From the NCBI GenBank assembly GCA_031425235.1, contig JANPIZ010000004.1, positions 66,251 through 130,250 of the forward strand: a stretch of 64,000 nt of DNA, given 5' to 3'. Made by a program: the position numbers and the translations under genes. This document shows positions 58,128 to 64,000 of the stretch, piece after piece (the first letter of the stretch is position 1; each line of letters starts with the position of its first letter). The notes beneath the pieces were generated by a model. That model worked only from the letters and a program-made list of their open reading frames with translations. It was not told where the DNA came from and did not search any database. This DNA is from Candidatus Nomurabacteria bacterium. GTDB lineage: Bacteria; Patescibacteriota; Minisyncoccia; Phycocordibacterales; UBA9973.

Positions 58128-60020
58128 CTAAACTATTTTAATAGTCCCCTCTGAGTTGCCGGCCATTATATAGTCGGCAACTTTGTTTTCCACGAGGTCT
58201 TCGATAGCTCTTTTTATTGGTCTTGCGCCAAACTGCGGATCAAAGCCAGCTGCAGCCACTTTGTCTATCAAAGCATCTGTTATATCTAAGGTTATTTTTT
58301 TATCTTCTTGTAGTCGGTCCGCAAATTCAGCAAGTAGAAGTGAAGCTATCTGCCTCCCCTGTGATTGATCAAGTGGTTTGAAAAGGATGACGCTATTAAA
58401 GCGATTTAAAAATTCTGGCGCAAATGCACCATTTTGTATTACGGTATTTATAAAAGTTTTCTTTTCGATATTTGGGTTCGCCATGATATCACTACTCCCG
58501 GCGTTCGAAGTTGCGATAATAATAGCGTCTTTAAAGCTTGCTTCCCTACCCGAGCTCTTTGTTAGTCGCCCTTCATCAAGAACTTGTAAAAGTAAGTTTC
58601 GAACGAGAACATTTGACTTTTCAAGCTCATCAAAAAATACAAGAGAAAGTGGTGCTTCCTCAATAGCGCTCGTGAGCCTGTCAGTAAAAGCAATCGTAGA
58701 TCCCTCAAGCGAAAACTCACTCATGTCAAAACGAATCATGGCATTTTTCCTACCAAAATAACTTTCCGCTAGTATTTTTGCCGTATATGTTTTACCGACA
58801 CCAGTCGGACCCAAGAAAAGAAAGCTCCCTGCGGGCTTGCTGTGATCCGCGATACCGGTGCGAAGTCGCACTAAAGCCTCCGTAACATCTTCCACGGCTT
58901 CATCTTGTCCAACTATTTTCGCCCTCATGGAAGTTTTGAGATATTGTAACACCTGTCTTTCGTCTGCGCTGATAGCTCCGATCGGCATATTGATCTTGTC
59001 AGATATGATCTGTTGTACATCTTCTACTGTGATGGTTTTGCCGAGAGTTTTGAGTTCCTCGAGCACACCGATGGACTTTATTGGTTGGGATTGATTGCCA
59101 ATTAACCGATCTGTCAATCTAACAATTTCAAAAACAGCATCTTCATGTATAGATATGTCGCTCTTGCGCGCATTGTCTCTCAGTATCATCATCGTATCCT
59201 CGACGCTTGTTTCATTCAAATCAACTTTTGAAAATTTGGACAAAAATTCGGGGTGATTTTTTAATACTTGGTCATAATTTGAAAAATCAGTCGTCACCAC
59301 AATTCCAAGATGCGCCACGGAAAGGTAAGGTAAAAGTTTTTCATACATAGATTCGTAGAGGTGTATATTTTCTATCACTAGAATAATGTTGCCGGCAGCA
59401 GCAGCTTCTTTGAGACATTTTTCAAAATCAGATACGTTTATGTCTTCTACGAACAATTCAACTACGCGATGATGATGAATACCGGGAAAAGACATCCCAG
59501 ACTTACCGAGGAGCCCTAAATATGACACAACAGTCGACTTACCGGTACCGGTCTCCCCCACAATAAGTACATTATGATTTGAATCCTTCGAAAGACCACG
59601 CTCTATCATGCGGAGTGCTTTTTCTTTACCATACACTTTCTGTGTTGAGGCGTCTCCAAGATCACGACTATGGGCGTTAAGTGTGTACGTTTCGCCATAC
59701 GAAAGCGATGAACCAAAACTAGGCAAGCCTTCAAAGTATTCTTTACTTATTTTTAAAGGTAAAAAGAAAAAAATCGGAAACGTTCCAATGGTGACGAGTG
59801 TGAACAGAAGTCCAAGGATAATAAGTATACTGCGAGCAAAAAATCCAAGCATTCGTGAGAAGATGGAGAATATAATTCGTTCAAACAAGGTGGAGTGTGC
59901 CCCGACATCTTTGTCCATTTTCCAGGGCAAAAACAGAGTATCAGCAAGGAGTGGAATAGAAAAAGCATTGTACGCATAGACCACGAGGTTCCTCCACGAT
60001 TGTATTCCAGGATGCATCAC
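58128..60020 (-). CDS. membrane-anchored two-domain Clp/Hsp100-family AAA+ ATPase
   Basis: N-terminal TM helices; D1 GETGTGKST with degenerate Walker B (ILVIENIH); D2 GPTGVGKTYTAKILAESYF, FDELEK, sensor region; no canonical Clp N-domain. Confidence 0.7.
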   Translation of the reverse strand: MMHPGIQSWRNLVVYAYNAFSIPLLADTLFLPWKMDKDVGAHSTLFERIIFSIFSRMLGFFARSILIILGLLFTLVTIGTFPIFFFLPLKISKEYFEGLPSFGSSLSYGETYTLNAHSRDLGDASTQKVYGKEKALRMIERGLSKDSNHNVLIVGETGTGKSTVVSYLGLLGKSGMSFPGIHHHRVVELFVEDINVSDFEKCLKEAAAAGNIILVIENIHLYESMYEKLLPYLSVAHLGIVVTTDFSNYDQVLKNHPEFLSKFSKVDLNETSVEDTMMILRDNARKSDISIHEDAVFEIVRLTDRLIGNQSQPIKSIGVLEELKTLGKTITVEDVQQIISDKINMPIGAISADERQVLQYLKTSMRAKIVGQDEAVEDVTEALVRLRTGIADHSKPAGSFLFLGPTGVGKTYTAKILAESYFGRKNAMIRFDMSEFSLEGSTIAFTDRLTSAIEEAPLSLVFFDELEKSNVLVRNLLLQVLDEGRLTKSSGREASFKDAIIIATSNAGSSDIMANPNIEKKTFINTVIQNGAFAPEFLNRFNSVILFKPLDQSQGRQIASLLLAEFADRLQEDKKITLDITDALIDKVAAAGFDPQFGARPIKRAIEDLVENKVADYIMAGNSEGTIKIV

Positions 60021-60294
60021 CTTATTCTATCACAGATAATTAAGACAGAAAATAAAGAATTCCCTGCAAGTAGACAAAATACCGCTAATCTGTTATACTA
60101 TTTTTGTTAATTTACAAATTTATTTTCTTAATTTTTAGTCGGGTTCACAAGAATATCCATATATTATTATGTTTTCAAAAGAAACAAGAGAAGATACAAT
60201 CATAGAAATTTTCCCAATCTCTTTGTGTAAAATTTTTTTAGGGAAACAGAGCCGAATATATAATGGCTTGTTCTTGTAGGCTTGAAACAAGCTT

Positions 60295-61827
60295 ATGAGC
60301 ATAACATTAATCACAATTCTAATAAGCGCACTGGCGCTTCTTTTAGGTGTTGGAGTAGGATACTATTTGCGTTTCATTATAGCCCTTGGCAAGAGACGCT
60401 CAATCGAAATAGATATCAAGCAAATGATGGTTGGCGCGAAAGAAGAATCGCAAAAAATCATTGATGAAGCAAAAAAGATATCAGAAACAAGGCTCGCGGA
60501 ATTAAAAGAAGAAGAGAAGAAAAAAGAGCAAGAATTCAAAGAAACTGAAAAAAGACTCATCAAAAAAGACGAGTTTCTTGATGGGCGCCAAACTGAGATA
60601 GATAAAGAAGTAGAAAATATAAAAACAAAGGTAGAAGAAATAAAGAAAATACAAGAAAAAGTTCAGAAAACAGAAGCTGAAAAGACTCTCGAGCTCGAAC
60701 GAGTATCTCAGCTTTCTAAAGAAGAGGCAAAGGAAGAATTACTTAAAGATGTTGAGAAAAATTACGAGGAAGATCTTGTCGTCCGAATTCAAAAACTTGA
60801 AAATGGCAATGAAGAGAAGTTGGAGCGCCGAGCAAAAGACATATTGGCTACAAGCATCCAACGTCTCGCTAAAAGTACGGCCTCTGAGCTCATGACCACA
60901 GTGGTCACTATCACCAACAACGAAATGAAAGGTAAAATCATCGGTAAAGAGGGGCGAAATATCCGCGCGTTCGAACGAGCGGCAGGTGTCGAACTTATCG
61001 TCGATGATACTCCAGGCTCGATAGTCATTTCTTCATTTGATCCTATTCGTAGACAAGTCGCTCGTCTTGCACTCGAAAACCTGATTCTCGATGGACGTAT
61101 CCAGCCAGCTAAAATAGAAGAGCTCGTCGAAAAAGCTAAGGAAGAAATCAATAAGATCATTAAAGAAAAAGGTGAACAAGCAGTATACGAATGCGGCATA
61201 TTCAATCTCGACCCACGCATCGTGGCTATTGTCGGTCGGCTATATTTCCGTACCAGCTTCGGACAAAATGTACTCCAACACTCAATAGAGATGGCCCACA
61301 TCGCCGGCATGATCGCTGAGGAACTTGGTGCTGATGTTGCCATAGCAAAAGCCGGCGCCCTCGTTCACGACATAGGAAAAGCTCTCGACCATGAAGTACA
61401 AGGTACGCACGTGGATATCGGTATGCGTATATTGCAGAAATTTGGTGCTGATGAACGCATTGTGACAGCTATGAAGAGTCATCACGAAGCATACCCATAT
61501 GAAACTGTTGAATCTATCATCGTTCAGACCGCCGATGCAATATCTGGCGGACGCCCTGGAGCACGACGTGACTCAGTTGAAAATTATTTGAAACGACTGC
61601 AAGAGCTCGAAACCCTTGTAAATGCATTCCCTGGCATCGAAAAATCCTATGCTCTTCAAGCTGGCCGTGAGATCCGCATATTTGTAACACCCGAAAAGGT
61701 AACTGATGCCGAAGCAAAGATCATGGCTCGCGATATGGCTATAAAAATAGAACAAGAACTCAAATATCCAGGTGAAATCAAAGTCACTATGATCCGAGAA
61801 ACACGTATTATCGAATACGCTCGTTAA
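60295..61827 (+). CDS. rny: ribonuclease Y
   Basis: N-terminal TM, coiled coil, KH domain (GKIIGKEGRNIRAFE), HD domain (HSIEMAHIAGMIA...VHDIGK). Confidence 0.9.
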   Translation: MSITLITILISALALLLGVGVGYYLRFIIALGKRRSIEIDIKQMMVGAKEESQKIIDEAKKISETRLAELKEEEKKKEQEFKETEKRLIKKDEFLDGRQTEIDKEVENIKTKVEEIKKIQEKVQKTEAEKTLELERVSQLSKEEAKEELLKDVEKNYEEDLVVRIQKLENGNEEKLERRAKDILATSIQRLAKSTASELMTTVVTITNNEMKGKIIGKEGRNIRAFERAAGVELIVDDTPGSIVISSFDPIRRQVARLALENLILDGRIQPAKIEELVEKAKEEINKIIKEKGEQAVYECGIFNLDPRIVAIVGRLYFRTSFGQNVLQHSIEMAHIAGMIAEELGADVAIAKAGALVHDIGKALDHEVQGTHVDIGMRILQKFGADERIVTAMKSHHEAYPYETVESIIVQTADAISGGRPGARRDSVENYLKRLQELETLVNAFPGIEKSYALQAGREIRIFVTPEKVTDAEAKIMARDMAIKIEQELKYPGEIKVTMIRETRIIEYAR

Positions 61828-61971
61828 AAAACTATTATTTTTAATTTTTTAACTGCATTTTGATGAGCTTGCCCTTAAAAAACCCTTACTATATAATACT
61901 AAGAGACTACTAACGTAGTAATTATAGGCTTAATTTGGTCGAAAGAATTATAAAACTAACTTTTTAAAAAT

Positions 61972-62244
61972 ATGAATAAACAAGCATTAGCGGATTTAGT
62001 ACACGGAAAACTAGGTGGTACAAAAGTACAAGCTGAAGAAGTAGTGGACGGTTTGTTTGAGGCTATTATCGGAACTTTGAAAAAAGGTGGTGAAGTTTCA
62101 ATAGCTGGTTTTGGTATCTTTTCTGTAAAAGGACGTGCAGCGCGTATGGCTCGTAATCCAAAAACTGGAGAACAAGTCAAAGTAGCTGCAAAGAAAGTTC
62201 CAAAATTTCGACCTGCAAAAGGTTTGAAGGACGCTGTAGCGTAA
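61972..62244 (+). CDS. hup: DNA-binding protein HU
   Basis: 90 aa, GFGIFSVKGRAARMARNPKTGE arm. Confidence 0.9.
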   Translation: MNKQALADLVHGKLGGTKVQAEEVVDGLFEAIIGTLKKGGEVSIAGFGIFSVKGRAARMARNPKTGEQVKVAAKKVPKFRPAKGLKDAVA

Positions 62245-62261
62245 ATTATCTCCTTACACAA

Positions 62262-62296
62262 AACAAAAAACACCCTTGTCGGGTGTTTTTTGTTTT
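62262..62296. terminator. bidirectional intrinsic terminator between hup and lexA
   Basis: aaaacaaaaaacacccttgtcgggtgttttttgtttt. Confidence 0.7.
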
Positions 62297-62305
62297 AGTA
62301 GTGAT

Positions 62306-62872
62306 TTAATATTTTCGAATGACTGCTTTTAGTACTGCATTGATATTTAAAGAATGTTCGGGATATATCGGCTGGTAGTTTTTGTTCGCTGGTTCAAGCC
62401 ACGATTTACTTCCCTCTTTTCTAAAGTATTTCATAGTAAATTCTCCATCTACTTCGGCTATAACTATCTGTCCGTCGCGAGCCGTGTTTGCCCGTTCCAC
62501 TAAAATCATATCACCAGGCTCTATATGCGCATCTATCATTGAGTCACCATCTACCTCAAGCATGTAGGTGAGAGATTTATTTTTCACGAGCATATCATCG
62601 AGGTTCACAGTGTCAGCCAATTCTTCCTCTACGCTCGCTGGCAAACCAGCTGTTACAAAACCAAGTTTTGGAATTTCTCCAAATGTTTCTGAGGGAGTAA
62701 GTCGGCCAAGATGATCTTTGGTTACTATTCCCGATTCCATTAGTTTTTCGACAACCTTAAATACAGCATTTTTAGATTTGAAACCAAAGAGCTGCATCAT
62801 CTCGGTATATGTAGGCATTCGTTTATTGTCAGAATAAAAAGATTCTATTTTTGTTTGATAAATATTCCGCAT
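62306..62872 (-). CDS. lexA: LexA repressor
   Basis: N-terminal wHTH, S24 peptidase domain with GDSM (Ser) and FTMKYF (Lys) motifs. Confidence 0.85.
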   Translation of the reverse strand: MRNIYQTKIESFYSDNKRMPTYTEMMQLFGFKSKNAVFKVVEKLMESGIVTKDHLGRLTPSETFGEIPKLGFVTAGLPASVEEELADTVNLDDMLVKNKSLTYMLEVDGDSMIDAHIEPGDMILVERANTARDGQIVIAEVDGEFTMKYFRKEGSKSWLEPANKNYQPIYPEHSLNINAVLKAVIRKY

Positions 62873-62940
62873 CCCGGTACTAAAATTTTAAATTGTAATT
62901 TTTAATGATCATATATATTTTGTTGAATTTAGTACGGGAC
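62873..62940. repeat. variant inverted repeat (GTACT arms) between small SOS ORF and lexA
   Basis: cccggtactaaaatttt ...~35 nt... gaatttagtacggg; resembles family A but with GTACT instead of GTAGT core. Confidence 0.5.
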
Positions 62941-62944
62941 AAGT

Positions 62945-63145
62945 CTAGAATGCAAGGTTAGCAAAAGTTGGAAAAAAGCGATTGAAAAAATTCTTGCGAG
63001 AATGGTATCGAACCTTCTGAAGAAGTAGTTTGTGATTTCGAGCTTCCTTGATATATGACTCCCCTTGTAAGATCTTCAAGTCGATCTTCTTGTTAATGAC
63101 TTGTATTTCTCGCTCTAGCATTTTTAAGTATTGTGATTGTGACAT
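62945..63145 (-). CDS. small hypothetical protein, first gene downstream of the LexA-box promoter
   Basis: 66-aa ORF ~90 nt downstream of the SOS-box promoter; no TM. Confidence 0.4.
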   Translation of the reverse strand: MSQSQYLKMLEREIQVINKKIDLKILQGESYIKEARNHKLLLQKVRYHSRKNFFNRFFPTFANLAF

Positions 63146-63234
63146 TTGATTCTGCGAATCACGTCGCGTAAGTCCTTTTGGCGCGACGCAATCTGTTTAA
63201 TTTTACTAATCTGACCCGACGTGGTCATGTGTAT

Positions 63235-63263
63235 AGTATAGGTGAACGATCGTTCACTGTCAA
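63235..63263 (-). promoter_or_regulatory. LexA-repressible promoter: TTGACA - GTGAACGATCGTTCACC - TATACT
   Basis: Minus strand has perfect -35 TTGACA, 17-nt spacer that is a 16-bp perfect palindrome containing a Cheo-type box GAAC-N4-GTTC, and -10 TATACT. Confidence 0.75.
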
Positions 63264-63294
63264 CAACCTCACATGTGGATAACTACCAGCACAA

Positions 63295-63846
63295 CTATTC
63301 TAGATACTCTAGTATTTTTTTATATTCTTCGAGATGAAGACACATCTTCTCTCCCTTGCCAGATATCCACTTTTCAAACTCCTCTTTATCGAGCCACCTC
63401 ACTTCTTCTACTTCATCTGGTGGTAATTTAAATTCTTCTAGAGGTGCGTCGTGATTTACAATATATACGTCGTTGAGTGCGTGCTCGATATGTGAACCAT
63501 TGTTTAAAATATACTGCTCTTCAATAGTAAATAAATATTTAAAATCAGATAGTAGTAGCGTTACTCCGAGCTCTTCTTCGGTTTCTGTTTGAGCCCCTTC
63601 GAGGCTCGACTGCCCGGCAAGCACATGTCCCGAAGCGGAGTTGTCCCAATATCCGGGATACACACGAACTTGTTTTGACCGCTTTTGCAAAAGTATTTGA
63701 CCTTTAGAATTTAAAAGCCAGACATGTGCAGTGATGTGAAGTAAACCTTTTTCATGTACTTCAGTATATGTTTTTGATTCTCCTGTCTTTTCACCCTGTT
63801 CATTTACAATATCAAATACATCATCTTTGTCTTTGTATTTTTCCAT
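63295..63846 (-). CDS. Nudix hydrolase (IDI/Nudix-like)
   Basis: GLLHITAHVWLLN...SASGHVLAGQSSLEGAQTETEEELGV Nudix fold/box. Confidence 0.65.
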   Translation of the reverse strand: MEKYKDKDDVFDIVNEQGEKTGESKTYTEVHEKGLLHITAHVWLLNSKGQILLQKRSKQVRVYPGYWDNSASGHVLAGQSSLEGAQTETEEELGVTLLLSDFKYLFTIEEQYILNNGSHIEHALNDVYIVNHDAPLEEFKLPPDEVEEVRWLDKEEFEKWISGKGEKMCLHLEEYKKILEYLE

Positions 63847-64000
63847 ATGTTACATAGTAGCATATTTAAGTATTCACTTTTGGTCGATACTGTATTGCTT
63901 CTAATATATGCTTGGCTTGTATCTCGTTAGAATGTTCTAGGTCTGCAATAGTACGAGCTATCTTGATAACTCTATGGTATGCACGCGCGGAAAGGCCGAG

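Noticed and set aside
60282-60464. 60-aa ORF overlapping the start of rny
   Set aside because: It is in a different frame over the rny N-terminal TM-coding region; rny has strong domain support.
1-64000. CRISPR arrays, rRNA or tRNA genes
   Set aside because: No regularly spaced direct repeats, no rRNA-like conserved blocks, and no cloverleaf-compatible GTTCRANYC T-arm motifs were seen in the non-coding gaps.

Overview
The window is AT-rich and densely coded, mostly with small-genome housekeeping genes. Its gene content suggests a Patescibacteria/CPR-type organism; this is inference.

Recognisable genes:
- DNA replication, repair and RNA processing: ftsK, recA, ssb, recO, recJ, rnhA, lexA, hup, nusA, rny, and a PIF1/RecD-like helicase.
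- Translation: metG, a dimeric-type glyS, ileS, argS, efp, the rpsF-ssb-rpsR operon, and tig-clpP.
- Central and nucleotide metabolism: pgk, tpiA, ppa, glyA, and a dut / tmk / Nudix cluster. There are six Nudix genes in the window.
- Fe/Mn superoxide dismutase.
- A type IV pilus block (pilB, pilC, three prepilins) next to comEC, with several large S/T-rich surface proteins.

The strongest finding is a ~39-40 nt GC-rich palindromic mini-element. Near-identical copies sit in frame inside recA, ileS, argS and tig, each encoding a PARNAS..A.AGG peptide. A fifth copy lies just 5' of ftsK, where it forms a mini-ORF whose stop overlaps the ftsK ATG. Compensatory changes across copies preserve a central hairpin. 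This resembles the Rickettsia palindromic elements.

Other notable points:
- A T-box leader with a candidate AUC specifier precedes ileS.
- IleRS carries an inserted histidine-phosphatase (PGAM-like) domain.
- A LexA-repressible promoter has a perfect 16-bp Cheo-type palindrome as the spacer between perfect -35 and -10 boxes; it drives a small ORF and lexA.
- An intergenic inverted-repeat family (CCCGTAGTRAATTTT ... AAAATYTACTACGGG) sits in 5' UTRs and inter-gene gaps.
- A second ~70-nt repeat family has two copies.
- A membrane-anchored two-domain Clp-type AAA+ ATPase sits where clpX is expected.
- comEC-type channel and MBL domains lie in separate genes flanking sod.

No rRNA, tRNA or CRISPR was detected by eye.
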